This document shows positions 11,724 through 24,363 of a stretch of DNA of 64,000 bases, piece after piece. The translations under genes were made by a program, and so were the position numbers. The notes beneath the pieces are model-generated. The model saw nothing but the letters and a program-made list of their open reading frames with translations, searched no databases and was not told where the DNA came from. Source of the stretch: Squalus acanthias (Eukaryota); contig CM059430.1 of assembly GCA_030390025.1 (NCBI GenBank), forward strand, positions 75,392,001-75,456,000, written 5' to 3'. Positions within the stretch are counted from its first letter, which is position 1. Every line of letters starts with the position of its first letter.

Positions 11724-12810
11724 TATAGATGTAGATATAGATATTGTGACATTGTGGATGAATGAAAATCTGCACAAAAGATTCCATGTGTAGTCCAGAT
11801 GCTCAATAAGAAGCTTTAATATAATCTCTTGTTCCATGTTGCGATCCTTTATTCCAGAATTCGATTCGTTGTTTACTTTTCTGGACATTGAAAGTGACCT
11901 GACAACTGTTAACCCCAGACCCCTTTCTGTCTCCTTGTGCTAATTCAATTCCACCCATTGTATAACTACGATACACATTTACCATTATGGCTAAAGCTCA
12001 ATTTTCCAAAGGAGTAAAATGGTTTTATAAAAAAATTCTGCAACGAAGTGTAACTTCAAGTATGGAAACCTTGCCAGATGGAGGTGATTTCAACTAGACT
12101 ACTCCTATCAATGGACTTCAGGGATGAACGTTGATCCCTTATATTTCTTTACTTTCTTAAAATGTAAATTTCGCGGGATTTCCGTAGCTTCGGCGGGACA
12201 TCCGTGCAATTCCCAGAAAAACGACGTAAAGGGCACTTTCAGCCTATTACACCGTTTCTATGGGGCTTCTGGTGGTCACCCAGCAAAGTGAGATCAGGAG
12301 ATCGGTTGTAGCTCCGCGCATTTTTGGGGGTACATTTTCGTCTTTAACGTCTGGGCGCTCAGCAATGCATGGACGGAGCGCAGAAAGGGAAATCTGGTGA
12401 GGAGGACCGCTCGTCCCGAGGGAATTTCTTTGCATTCGTTTCAATGGTAGGAAAATACGCGGGTTCTGTTGCCAGCAGTGGCTCCGCAAGATTTTCCAAT
12501 CCATGCTCAGCCCTGACGATGCTTCAGGTCCAGACGGTAAAGAATAAAACTCCTTTCACTCTGCCCCATCGGTTCCAATATTTGTGCTAATGCGAATGAT
12601 TCCGCCTGCTGGGCACTAACGGCGCAGTCACGGAGCAGAGGCAAGGTGGTTGTGGCAGCAGTGACTGATATTCCATCCATTCATTTAATGGATGGATTCT
12701 GGACCTGCTATTTTCCGGCCTGCTCGCATCGTTCTGCTCAGGGAGGGCCCAAACCTGGTATCTGCCGTAACACCATAACAAACTATATATTTGCCGTTCC
12801 ATCCATGCAG

Positions 12811-12909
12811 GGAGCAGCCGAAGTGATGGCGCCTTATGCCGCATTAGATCTGACCAAGTGCTGGAGAGGTCCAAGACCAAATCATAAAGAGAGGACAGTG
12901 TATGCCCAG
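12811..12909 (+). CDS. Gene 1 exon 6, cytoplasmic tyrosine motifs APYAALDL and TVYAQ
   Basis: Acceptor ccatgcag| in phase 0. Reads GAAEVMAPYAALDLTKCWRGPRPNHKERTVYAQ. Donor CAG|gtagtg. Confidence 0.8.
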
Positions 12910-13140
12910 GTAGTGCTGTGGAGCAGAACATAGAGTCACAGATTACCTGTAATTTATGGGCATGCGAGGTATTGTAAGAAAGACCTTTAATAGTACTATG
13001 GTAATCTTTTATATTTAATTTATAATTTATATCCTCGCTAATTCTGCGAGGATGCAGCTATTCCAATGACTGTGGTAAACATTATACTATAAACAAATAC
13101 AATATCGAAGTAATGATATGCACAAACATTAATTTCACAG

Positions 13141-13308
13141 ACCAAGCAAAGGGCGTCTGATAATAAGTTGACCTACGCTGCTCTAGACATGACAGGCTCC
13201 AAGAAAATAGGAAAGCCTAATTTTAAGGATAAGAGCACGGAGTATGCTCAGCTAGAGATGAAAAATCAAACAGCAGACGTTATTTACACGGAACGAAAAG
13301 CCAAGTAA
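13141..13308 (+). CDS. Gene 1 terminal exon with ITIM LTYAAL and ITSM-like TEYAQL
   Basis: Acceptor tttcacag|. Reads TKQRASDNKLTYAALDMTGSKKIGKPNFKDKSTEYAQLEMKNQTADVIYTERKAK, with TAA at 13306-13308. Confidence 0.85.
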   Translation, partial: TKQRASDNKLTYAALDMTGSKKIGKPNFKDKSTEYAQLEMKNQTADVIYTERKAK

Positions 13309-13964
13309 TATTGGCGTCCAATGCGGAACCCGTTTTATTTGTGCATAACTAACTAGACGCTCATTAACCTAACATCAATGACAGGGAAAATAATTGCAAC
13401 TATTCTTAGAAGAAGGGAGGGGAGCATCAGTTTAGAAATAGTTAGCAACTGAGGGCCAGCAAGGATTAGAAACGGCGCTACTGTCTGACCCTCCCCTTCG
13501 CCTTATTTTCGAAGCTGCGGATGAAATAGATTGTAAAAACCCACTGACACGCCACCCAAGCTTTGCTCTAACAGATCCCAGCCGTCCAAAGGCCAGGCAT
13601 CCTATTCGTGTACGCACTTCTATTTGGTAATTGCTGTTATGTGCTGTTTAAATTCTGTGCAGCTCTGGAAAGCGTTCGAATTAGCGCGGTTTCCCTATTG
13701 GCTGATAAAGCCTGAATCTCAACACCGTGATCGTTCACGTATAAGTAGCTTGAGTTACTTGAAAATTAATGGGAATGTGCATTTAATCTTCATGGGGTAT
13801 AAATTCGTCTTGAGTGAGTGCGCAAAATGGGCGCTAGAGAATAGACAACTGGTTTTCACTCGATTTTCCTTTATATTGAAGTCTGGCCATAGGCATTGGA
13901 TTGGGTGCAAGGAGTAAAATTAATCTCACTGAACAGGGAATGAGTTGGATGAAAGAAAAAATGA

Positions 13965-14395
13965 AATTGCCTGTATATATGCCTTTCTGAGATCTCAACT
14001 CGTCCCAATCGCTTCAAAGTCACGGAAGTACTTCACAATTGAAGTCACTATTGTCATGTAGGGAAAATGGGAGAGCCAATACGCACAGCAAGACCCCACA
14101 AACAGTAGATGAAATGTATGATCTGATAACTGTTTCATTCATGTTGGCTGAGGCATAAATATTGGCCATGAGAACAAGAGAACTTCGCTGCCTTTCTTCA
14201 AAATATGCCATGGTATCATTTACGATGAGAGGGCAGACGGGAATTTGATTTAACGGCTCATTCAAAAGACGGGACCTCTCAGAGTGCAGCATCCCTCAAT
14301 GCTGCCCCGATGTGTTAGATTAGATTATGTGCTAAAGATATTGAGTGCGTACGAAAAACTAACCTTAATACTCATAAAGGAGACTTCTGCCTAGG
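13965..14395 (-). mobile_element. Deu-domain SINE (SacSINE1-like)
   Basis: Core gcacagcaagaccccacaaacag...gagagggcagacgg...tttaacggctcattcaaaagacgg...agtgcagcatccctca...tagattatgtgct. Recurs at 15830-16230, 36370-36480 and 57140-57570. Confidence 0.65.
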
Positions 14396-15829
14396 AAGAA
14401 AGCAGTTAATGTAGGAAGTTACTGTAAACTATAAAACATTAGATAGTACAGATAAGGTGAATGCAGAATTTAAAAGTAAATACCGGTAGTAGCACCGGAG
14501 GACAAAACATAATTAAGTAAGAAATATATTTTTTAAAGGTATTAGAACGTGTTTATATTTTACTCAGAGGCTTGAATACTTCTTCAGATGGTCTACGGAA
14601 CCAAAATTGTTAGTTGTATTGTAAATGTGTCTGGATGCTCTAAAAGCAGAGCTGGGTACTAGGGGACGAGCTTCAGTGGGCCGACGTTCTTTACTGGGCC
14701 TTGACTTTTATTATGTTGTTACTATTCATTTAGTTGTAATCTGCTTTCCAGTGTATCACTGTTATTCGACAGTTAACAGAATGCCCAGACGAAAAAGCAT
14801 TAACATAATAGAATATGGATATTGTATTTTGCCTTTCTTATTTTACTGATTTGTATTCTGTAATAAATCCATTTGTAAGATTGTGTTCTGGTAAAATAAA
14901 TGTATATCACATTCCTTCCTGCCACCTGTTCACTTTGCAACTGCAGTAAGTTTAAAGTTATAGACATTTTTATGAACATAAACATAAACAAAGCTCAGTC
15001 TTGTGTGCAAAAATTTTAGACCGCCAGGGCTCTGTAATATGCATTCGGTTGTATAAACTGGAAAATCAGGTTAGTGACAGATATCTTATGAACCATGGGG
15101 ACAGCTGGGGTTGTCTGGGTTGTTGAAACAAGAATATCTTCATTTGTCAACACTAACATTCGCTGATACATTATTGATTCATATCATAAGTGAGAAGAGT
15201 AAGTGCATACTCCATGAATCCCCACCAAACCTGAAATCATTTTATTGGAGAGGTAGTCCTAATAAACGCGTATGAGATGCATCGCATGGTACAAGATGTT
15301 GTTTGATGAGTTGCACTTATAAATCTGCGCAATATTGGGACACTACATGTGCCGGTGATGGAAAGGCGCTTGCAGGAAACATTGGCCAGGAAATATTAAG
15401 TCCGCAGCACTTGATGTTCTGCGTAGTGAAGTTAAAGGACGGAACGGCAGTTATTATGGGCATCCAGTTTGCTGGTCAGCTCCCCCTTTGGGCACCGTTC
15501 GGCCTCGGGAGTTACCAAAGGGTCGAATCAGCCCTGGTATATGCTTTAGCAGAGAATGCCGTGGAATGCCCTAATTATGGTTGCAGCTCTTTTGTGCAGA
15601 ACATCGATTTGGTTTGAAGATGTAATTGCACAGTTTCTGGAAAGGTTGGATAGATCACTACGAAGCAGGGGAACAACTGAAAATTGTTCACTGACCTTGT
15701 GCAGGGTTTGTAAGAAACGAACAACGGAAGCGTACACTATTAAAATCATAAGATGAAGGGCCAGGCTCTTAGTGGAACAGATTAAGGTTTAAAAAATATA
15801 GAGAGTTATCAGAACGAAGGAAAGCAAAT

Positions 15830-16230
15830 AAAGAACAATGTGGTCCCTTTCAAGGTATCAGGACCTCCTAAAGCGCTTTGCACTCTATACACTAATTTTG
15901 AAGCGTCATTGCTTTAAAGTAGAGAACCCGGCAGCTAATTTTCACACAGCAAGATCCCACAAACAGCAATGAAATAATGACAAGATAATCTCTTTCAGTG
16001 ATGTTCCCGGAGGGATAAATATTGATCAGGATATCCGTTCTTTCAATGGTGTAATGGGATATTTAACGTCCACCTGAGAGGGCATGGAGGGCCCCGGCTT
16101 AATCGCTCATCCAAAAGACCGCACCTCCGAGAGTGCAGCACCCACTGAATACTGCACTGGAATTTCAGCCTAGATTATATGTTCAAAACTAGGGCCGGGT
16201 AGTTGAACCCTCAACCACTGAGCCAAGGTC
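15830..16230 (-). mobile_element. Deu-domain SINE (SacSINE1-like)
   Basis: Same core as 13965-14395 (cacacagcaagatcccacaaacagcaatg...cacctgagaggg...ccaaaagaccgcacctccgagagtgcagcac). Confidence 0.65.
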
Positions 16231-17462
16231 ACTTCTTGCATCGCCAGCACATCTCAGACCTCTTTTACATACTTTGAATTCCTTCTTGAAGTATATTGGC
16301 TTTTATATGTAGAGTCAATATGATACATTATCTGTGCTTCTGTTTTGGTGGGGTTGGTTCAGTCCTGCACTGCGGGAAAACCCTTATTTTTCTTCCGATA
16401 CTTTCTCTAACTTCTTATCCGAAAGGCGGCATATCTGACAACGCAGCAGAACCAGTAGGCCAGTAGATGGGATGAAGTGTTGGGCAGAAGAAATATCCTT
16501 GGTACACTAGAGAAAGCGAAAGCGGCATGTCAAGGTACTTTGACATTAACGGCTACAAAGGCGTCAGGCTGCACTTTTCTTTAACATGGCTCTGAAAAAA
16601 GCAGTTTTAAACTATGATAAAATCTTCATTATTGGAATAGCGACTTACCCTGGGATTTTTTTGGAGAAATTACTGAAGAATTGTGTTATTTAAATTCGTC
16701 TAATGTCGTTGAGACTTTTCTAAATAGTGAACGACATCACACATAAATCTCCTCCATCAGGTTGGTCAGCTATAAACATTCCATCCTCTCTCACTTAATA
16801 ATTTCCAGCCATATGTTTACAGATTCGGCAGTGTGTTTAATCATTGCTCCAAGTCAAGCCTCATTTGGGTAAATTGAACATCTATCACATCCCAATTATT
16901 GACTGTCTTGAAATTGGCCTGTTGATTAAAATGTTGTTGTCACGTGTACGTATGTTTATCTGTGATACATTCCCGGCCGTCTCGGAGCACTTCCCAAATT
17001 GTCTGACTGAATGACTGTTTGCAAAGTATTTGACTCTCAGCTAATTGTTCACGGGTTGAGAAGGGTTGGTTGTGGCTCTGGAAGAATGCTTGTGTGCGTT
17101 ACTAAACAGGCTTATGTGTGTAAATACGTTCATGACTTCGACATGGAGATGCACACATCTGCAATGTAACCAGTGGGCTGCAGATAGATTGCACAGAAAT
17201 GTCATCACTTTAAAGTACTACTAAGATAGACTCGATCAAATAGGAATAGATGTCATTAATCTGCAGCAGTGACGGGGTTAATTAGTGGATCATTTACTGC
17301 TCGTGTACGAAGCTAGATATGACTTAATCTGACCTTTTACCAAAACTGTGATGTGGTTTCTGTTGTACTGAAAACTGTTGGCCAACGTTTCTTCTATTAT
17401 CGCTGTTTATGCATAAGTGAGGACTTGAATCTTAGCACCTCTCGTGGCATCAAGCATTGAGT

Positions 17463-17872
17463 GGGCAACACGGTGGCATAGTGGTTAGCACTGGTGTCTC
17501 ACAGCGCCAGGGACCCGGATTCGATTCTGACCTCGGGTGACTGTCTGTGTGGAGTTTGCACATTCTCCCCGTGTCTGCGTGGGTTTCCTCCGGGTGCTCC
17601 GGTTTCCTCCCACAGTCCAAAAATGTGTGGGTTAGGTTGATTTGGCTATGATAAATTGACCCTTAGTTATTAGGGGGGGGGATTAAATATGTGGGGTTAT
17701 GGGGATAGGATGGGATATGTTAGGGGGAATTAAATACGTGGGGGTAGGGTGGGATATATGTACTGTGGGGATTAAAGCAGGGACAGGGTACTGGATTTGA
17801 ATGATCAGCCATGATCGTATTGAATGGTGGGACGGGCCGAATGGCCTACTCCTGCTCTTAGATTCTATGTTT
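17463..17872 (+). mobile_element. HE1-type V-SINE (tRNA head, V-domain core, CR1/HER1-derived tail)
   Basis: A box tggcatagtgg and B-box-like gattcgattc. V core tgtggagtttgcacattctccccgtgtctgcgtgggtttcctccgggtgctccggtttcctcccacagtcc. Tail gatcagccatgatcgtattgaatgg...ggcctactcctgct matches the CR1 3' ends in this window. Confidence 0.85.
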
Positions 17873-18627
17873 ATTTCAACATAATGGAAACAAGTCTTGT
17901 GGTTAGCAACTGTAACTATTAAACACCACCTTTCAATATAGATTTAATAACTGATCGGTTTTTATATATAGAAGGTTAATTCTGCCTCTTAGACAGCGAA
18001 CACGCACATGAACCATTGGATCTGCTCAGTGGCAGAGCTGGTTTCTGAGGAAGGACCGGGAATACTTAGGAGGCCTGTGTGGTTATTTCTCTACAGAATT
18101 TCACTAAACTTCACATGCCCTGTAAATGTAAATGCACATGGGGTAATTTTTACTTTGTGTGATCTATAAAACTGGTAATAACAAATCGGAAGCCCGATTT
18201 ATACCTCTCCCAATTTTTATTTCCATTGGGGCAATCTCTCTACACTATCGCACATCGAGTAATTTTAACTTTGGGCGGTTGTGTAAAACGGGCGCTATCG
18301 AATTAGACGTCTATTATAGGCCACGCCCGATTTTTATTTCCATTAAAGTCAATAGAAGTTAAATCCATCAGCGCATATCATGCCGGCAAATTCAATATCG
18401 CGAATGTTACAACACAGTCCAAAGTTAATATTACCTCCCATAGAGAAGGTGCCCCAGATGCATTTGCAGCCCTGCTCCTGTTAAATTTCACACTGAGATG
18501 TGACTCTAATCTCTGGTGGACCGGTCACATTGGAGGATAAAAACAAATAAAGCTCGAAATTCTCAGCAGGTTAACAGCACCTGTCCAGAGAAAAATGGAG
18601 TAAAAATTTCAGGTCGTTGACTCTTTA

Positions 18628-20322
18628 TGGAAGAAGACGCAAACATCCTCCCGGAAACAGTGTAGTACCAAGGGTCTAGCGAGAATGAGGAACTGAAAGA
18701 AATTAATTTTAGTAAAAAAAATAGTAATGGAGAAAATAATGGGACTGACAGCCGATAAATCCCCTGCAGCTGATGGCCTACATGCTCGGGTTTTGTAATA
18801 GGTGGCTATAGAGATAATGAATGCATTGGTTGCCATATTTCAAAATTCCATAGATTCTAGAACATTCCCCACGGTTTGGAAGGTAGCAAATGTAAACGCA
18901 CTATTTAAGAAAAGAGGGAGAGAGAAAATGGGGAACTACAGAACAGTGAGCATAACATCAGTAGTAGGGAAAATGCTGGAATCTATCATTAAGGAGGTGG
19001 TAGCAGATCACTTAGAAAATAATAATAGGATTGTGCAGATTCAACACGGATTTATGAAAGGGAAATCATGTTTGACAAATCTGTTAGAGATTTTTGAGTT
19101 TGCAACTCGCAGAATAGATAAGGGGGTCCCACTGGATGAGGTGTTTTTGGATTTTCACAATGCAGTCCATAAGCTGCCACACAAGAGGTTATTAAACAAA
19201 ATTAGGGCTCTTGGGATTGGGGTTAATATACTAGCATGGATTTAGGATTGGTTAACGGAGAGAAGACAGAGAGTAGGAATAAACGGTTCATTTTCGGATT
19301 GGCAGGCTGTAATGTGTATTGCAAGGATCAGTGCTTGGGCCTCAGCTATTCAAAATCTGGATGTGGGGAACAAATGTAGTATATCCAAATTTGCTGATGA
19401 TACAAAGCTGGGTTGGAATGTAAATTGTGAGGAGATGCAAAGAGGCTTCAAGTGGATATAGACATGCTAAGTGAGTGGGCAAGAACATGGCAAATGGAAT
19501 ATAACTTGGAGAAATGTGAAGTTATGCACTTTGGTAAGAGAAATAGAAAAGCAGATTATCATTCAAATGGTGAGACAATGGGAAATCTTGGTGTTAAGAG
19601 GGACCTGGGTGTCCTTGTACACGAATCACTGAAAGTTAACATGCAGGTACAGCAAGCAATTAGGAAATCAAATGGTATGTTGGCCATTATTACAAGAGGA
19701 TTTGAGTATAAGAGTAAAGACGTCTTAATCCAATTATATATTGGACCTTGGTAAGACCACACCTGGAGTATTGAGTACATCTTTGGTCTCCTTACCGAAG
19801 GACGGATATACTTGGCATAGAAGGAGTGCAACAAAGTTTCACCAGACTGATTCGTGGGTTGTGGAGATTGTCCTATGATGAGAGATGGAGCAGACTAGAT
19901 CAATATGCTCTAGAGTTTAGAAAAATTAGAGGTGATCTCCTTGAAACATAACAAGTTCTTACAGGGCTTGACAGGTTAAATGCAGGGAGGCTGTTTCCCC
20001 TGGCTGGGGAGTCCAGAACCAGAGTTCACAGTCTCAGAATAATGAGTCGGCCATTTAGGGCAGAGATGTGGGGAAATTTCTTCACTCAGAGGATGGTGAA
20101 TCTTTGGAATTTTCTACCCCAGAGGGCTGTGGAGGCTCAGTCGTTGAATATATTCAAGACAGAGATCGATAGATTTTCGGATAGTAGGGGAATCGAGGGA
20201 TATGGGGATAGTGCAGGAAAGTGGAGTTGAGGTAGAAGATCAGCCTTGACCTTACTGAATGGCAGAGCAGTCTCGATGGACCGAATGCCTACTCCTGCTC
20301 CTATTTCTTATGTTCTTATGTT
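18628..20322 (+). mobile_element. 5'-truncated CR1 LINE (RT to tail), inserted in an old Penelope terminal repeat
   Basis: ORFs 18802-19245 (QHGFMKGKSCLTNLLE), 19452-19754 and 20042-20230. Tail tttcttatgttcttatgtt. Confidence 0.9.
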
Positions 20323-20324
20323 AT

Positions 20325-21282
20325 TTTTTCGTCAGATCCGGCAAAGGTGAGAGATATAATACCTTTTAAGTAAGTATGGAGGCAAGGAAGCGGATGGAAC
20401 GAAAGAACAAAAGGGAATGTTTGTGATAGAGTAGAAGGCAGCAATGATTAAATGACAAAAGGGATGATGCTGGAAGGCATACGGGGGTGGTAAAGGAACA
20501 AGACAAGAAACAGACGATGGGTCCAGAGGAGTTGTAAATGGCCCTTAGCAGAATCATTATAAACAGCTTCTGTCCAAAAAATGAGAGCGGTGGTTATGAT
20601 CTGAAATTGTTGATCTCAATGTTGAGACCTGAAGGCTTAAAGTACCTAATCGAAAGAGTTGTTTTTCCTCGAGCTTCATTAGAACAGTGTAGGAGGCCGA
20701 GGACGGAGAGGTCAGAGTAGGTGTGGGAGCGAGAATTAAAATGACAAGCGACCGGAAGCTCAGGGTCACAATTGCAGAATGAAACGAGGTGCTCAACAAA
20801 GCAACCACCCAATATGCGGTTGGGCTCCCCAATGTACAGGAGACTGTAGCATAAGCAGCGAATACTGTATATTAATTCAAAGAAGTACATGTAATCACTG
20901 TTTCACCTGGAAGGTGTATTTAGGGCTCTTGACTGTGAGAAGGACGGAGGTAAAAGGGCAGGCATTCCATCAGCTGTGCATGCATGGGAAGGTGCCGTGG
21001 GAAGGGGAGCGGTTTTGGGCTGATTGAAGAGTGGAACACGGTATCCCTCCAGAATGCTGAAAGGGGATGGAAATGGGAGGGGAACATGTGTTTGGTGGCG
21101 GCATTGGCTGGATGTTGTGGAAATGGCGGACGGTGATCCACTGAAATTGGAAGCTGGTGGGGTGGGAGGTGAGAATGAGGGGAACCCTTTCATGGTTCTG
21201 GGGGGGAGGAGAAGGATTAAGAGTAGAAGTGCGGGAAATGGAATTGACACGGGGGAGGGCCCTGACAACAACCGTGGAAGGT
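20325..21282 (-). mobile_element. Degenerate Penelope-like element, GIY-YIG end (older family); terminal part continues at 18540-18628
   Basis: ORF 20594-20890 LIYSIRC...LYIGE...EHL...PVACHFNS...DLSVLGL; ORF 20970-21311 RVPLILTSHP. Confidence 0.8.
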
Positions 21283-21289
21283 GAACATA

Positions 21290-22104
21290 TAATTTTAATG
21301 TTATGCCCCATAGTTCTGAATCAACAATATAATTTTTTTATATCAACCCTCCAAATCATTGAATCACCGTAAAGATCTCAATCAGATCACCCCTTAACAT
21401 TCTATGCTCAAGGAAATACAAGCCTTGTCTGTGCAACATGCCCCCATAATTTAACTCCTTTATCCCCGTTACCATTCTGCTGAATCTGTACTGCAACCCA
21501 TCCAAGGCCAAATATCCTTCCTGAGGTGCGGTACCCAGAATCGAACGCAGTACTCCAGATGCGATGTAACCAGAGCTTTACACAACTGTAGCATGACTTT
21601 CAGCCGTTTCGATTCCTCGAGATAAATGCTAACATTCCATTAAACTTTCACATTTTTGTTCTACCTGTCCACTAGCTTTTCGTGATTTATGTATGTGACC
21701 CACTTAGTCTCTGCTCCTCCATAGTTCCTAGGTTGTCACTATATAGAAAATACTCTGATCTATCAGTCTTATGTCTAAAGTGGATGAGCTCATATTTCTC
21801 CACATTGAAATACATCTGCCACAGATTTGCCCATTCACTTAATCTATCAATGTCCCTTTGCATCGTTTTGCTACGATTTACATTACTTGCTGTGCCACCT
21901 AACTTAGAGCCATCAGCAAATTTATTTCGTTGTCCGAAGTTGTTTACTTACACAAGTAGCGCTCTTGTTGTTTAGGGGTTTGTACAGGTCTTGTATTATG
22001 ACAAATACTTCTTTGTACACCTCCCACTGTTCATCTGTAGTTTTACCTGTTAACAGATCCGCCCAGTTTACTGTGGTTACTTTCTGCCTCGTCACTTCAA
22101 TGTC
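21290..22104 (-). mobile_element. Old CR1 LINE fragments
   Basis: The minus strand gives FADGSKLGG-like and LEYCVRFWVPHLRKDI-like remnants. ORF 21922-22167 includes VNWADLLTGKTTDEQWEVYKE. Confidence 0.65.
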
Positions 22105-22202
22105 ATCCTTATTTTGATGCGGAGATGCCGGTGTTGGACTGGGGTGGACAAAATTGAGAGGTCGCACAGCACCAGGTTATAGTCCAACAGTTTTATTTGA
22201 AA

Positions 22203-22244
22203 TCACAAGCTTTCGGAGCTATCGATTGCTCCTTCCTCAGGTGA
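22203..22244 (-). ncRNA. Minimal type I hammerhead ribozyme motif in the Penelope pLTR
   Basis: Reverse complement of the 24364-24405 motif. Confidence 0.75.
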
Positions 22245-22576
22245 AGTAAATTAGATACAGAATCGCCAAAGTATATATAGATAGAAAACAAAGCATGTGT
22301 ACTTTACAATTGCAGACCACTAAATTAAATCATCCTGACTATCTGCCGAGGTGTGATAAAGTTAATTAAGTCAGCCAGGAAGGTACCACATCAAAGACAT
22401 AGCAAGATACAACTGAGACAATGAGGTGTAGTCGCAGGGGTTCTAACGTGTCAAAAGCTGCCGTCTGTATGTAAAACGAAAAGCTTTAAAAAAAAATTAC
22501 TTTTTTACTGGGAAAATTTTTACTTTTTTACTGGGAATCACATCTGTGAACAAGCTAACGACGACTCGAGTCCGGA

Positions 22577-23980
22577 TCACGTCATGTATCGTGACATAAA
22601 CCCAAGATCCCGATTGAGACCGTCTTCATGAGTGCGGAACTTGGCTATCAGTTTCTGCTCGATGATTTTGCGTTGTCGTGTGTTTCTAAGGTTGCCTTGG
22701 AGAACGCTTACCCGCAGATCCGAGGCTGAATGTCCTTGACTGCTGAAGTGTTCCCCGACTGGGAGGTAACAATCCTGCCTGGCGATTGTTGCGCGTTGCT
22801 CGTTCATACGTTGTCTCAGTGTCTGCATGGTCTCGCCGATGTACCATGCCGCGGTGCATTCTTTCCTGCAACGTATGAGGTAGACAACGTTGGCCGAGTC
22901 ACATGAGTATGTACCATGTACCTGGTGGGTAGTGTCCTCACGTGTGATGGTGGTATCTGTGTTGATGATCTGGCATGTCTTGCAGAGTTTGCCATGGCAG
23001 GGTTGTGTGGTGTCGTGGTCGCTGTTATCCTGAAAGCTGGGTAATTTGCTACGAACGATGGTACTTCTGAGGTTAGGCGGCTGTTTGAAGGCAAGTAGTG
23101 GAGGCGTGGGGATGGCCTTAGCGAGGTGTTTGTCGTCATCGATGACATGTTGAAGGCTGCGAAGAACATGGCGTAGTTTCTCCGCTCCGGGGAAGTATTG
23201 GACGACGTAGGGTACCCTGTTGGTTGTGTCCCGTGTTTGCCTTCTGAGGAGGTCTATGCGATTTTTCGCTGTGGCCCGTCGGAACTGTCGATCGATGAGT
23301 AGAGCGTCATATCCCGTTCTTACGAGGGCGTTTTTCAGCGTCCGTAGGTGTCCATCGCGTTCCTCCTCGTCTGAGCAGATCCTGTGTATTCGCAGGGCTT
23401 GTCCATAGCGGATGGCTTCTTTAACATGGTTAGGGTGGAAGCTGGAGAAGTGGAGCATCGTGAGGTTGTCCGTGGGCTTGCGGTAGAGTGAAGTGCTGAG
23501 GTGTCCGTCTTTGATGGAGATTCGTGTGTTCAGGAATGAGACCGATTCTGAGGAGTAGTCCATGGTGAGTTTGATGGTGGGATGGAACTTGTTTATGTTA
23601 TCGTGTAGTCTTTTCAGTGATCCTTCGCCATGGGTCCAAAGGAAGAAAATGTCGTCGATGTATCTGGTGTACAGCGTTGGCTGGAGGTCCTGTGCAGCGA
23701 AGAAGTCTTGCTCGAACTTGTGCATGAAGATGTTGGCGTATTGGGGTGCGAATTTGGTCCCCATGGCTGTTCCGTGTGCTTGGGTAAAAAAATGGTTGTC
23801 GAAGGTGAAGACATTGTGGTCAAGGATGAAGCGGATGAGTTGTAGGATGGCGTCTGGAGATTGGCTGTTGTTGATGTTGAGTACTGAGGCTGTTGCAGCG
23901 ATGCCGTCATCGTGGGGGATACTGGTGTAGAGCGCCGATACGTCCATCGTGGCAAGGAGTGTTCCTGGTTCCGCACTCAT
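22577..23980 (-). CDS. Penelope reverse transcriptase plus GIY-YIG endonuclease (5'-truncated, uninterrupted 467 aa)
   Basis: Motifs ATMDVSALYTSIP, GTAMGTKFAPQYANIFM, RYIDDIF and NVVYLIRC...YIGET. The initial Met comes from the junction with the inverted arm. Confidence 0.93.
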   Translation of the reverse strand: MSAEPGTLLATMDVSALYTSIPHDDGIAATASVLNINNSQSPDAILQLIRFILDHNVFTFDNHFFTQAHGTAMGTKFAPQYANIFMHKFEQDFFAAQDLQPTLYTRYIDDIFFLWTHGEGSLKRLHDNINKFHPTIKLTMDYSSESVSFLNTRISIKDGHLSTSLYRKPTDNLTMLHFSSFHPNHVKEAIRYGQALRIHRICSDEEERDGHLRTLKNALVRTGYDALLIDRQFRRATAKNRIDLLRRQTRDTTNRVPYVVQYFPGAEKLRHVLRSLQHVIDDDKHLAKAIPTPPLLAFKQPPNLRSTIVRSKLPSFQDNSDHDTTQPCHGKLCKTCQIINTDTTITREDTTHQVHGTYSCDSANVVYLIRCRKECTAAWYIGETMQTLRQRMNEQRATIARQDCYLPVGEHFSSQGHSASDLRVSVLQGNLRNTRQRKIIEQKLIAKFRTHEDGLNRDLGFMSRYMT

Positions 23981-24363
23981 GAAGACGGTCTCAATCGGGA
24001 TCTTGGGTTTATGGCACGATACATGACGTGATCCGGACTCGAGTCGTCGTTAGCTTGTTCACAGATGTGATTCCCAGTAAAAAAGTGAACATTTTCCCAG
24101 TAAAAAATTAATTTTTTTTTAAAGCTTTTCGTTTTACATACAGACGGCAGCTTTTGTCACGTTAGAACCCCTGCGACTACACCTCATTGTCTCAGTTGTA
24201 TCTTGCTATGTCTTTGATGTGGTACCTTCCTGGCTGACTTAATTAACTTTATCACACCTCGGCAGATAGTCAGGATGATTTAATTTAGTGGTCTGCAATT
24301 GTAAAGTACACATGCTTTGTTTTCTATCTATATATGTTTTGGCGATTCTGTATCTAATTTACT

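Larger units (their letters stand above)
5670..13308 (+). pseudogene. IgSF receptor gene 1: leader-V(J)-C1-TM-ITIM/ITSM tail (SIRP-like / VJ-C1 type); single premature stop, so null allele or young pseudogene
   Basis: Exons 5670-5724, 5895-6215, 7195-7506, 9617-9727, 10364-10407, 12811-12909 and 13141-13308 have phase-compatible splice sites and total 1110 nt (370 codons). The only coding lesion is TGA at 5999-6001 (codon 54). Confidence 0.85.

Noticed and set aside
5670-13308. Assigning gene symbol SIRPA or NCR3
   Set aside because: The tail is SIRPA-like and the V is NKp30/SIRP-like, but only one C1 exon was found and orthology cannot be established without phylogeny or synteny.
15300-15760. 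Host exon or Tx1-like LINE remnant (MPWNALIMVAALLCRTSI)
   Set aside because: No splice framework and only faint recalled similarity to Tx1 ORF2. Not supportable without a search.
17463-17535. tRNA gene
   Set aside because: The tRNA-like head continues into a V-SINE core and LINE-derived tail.
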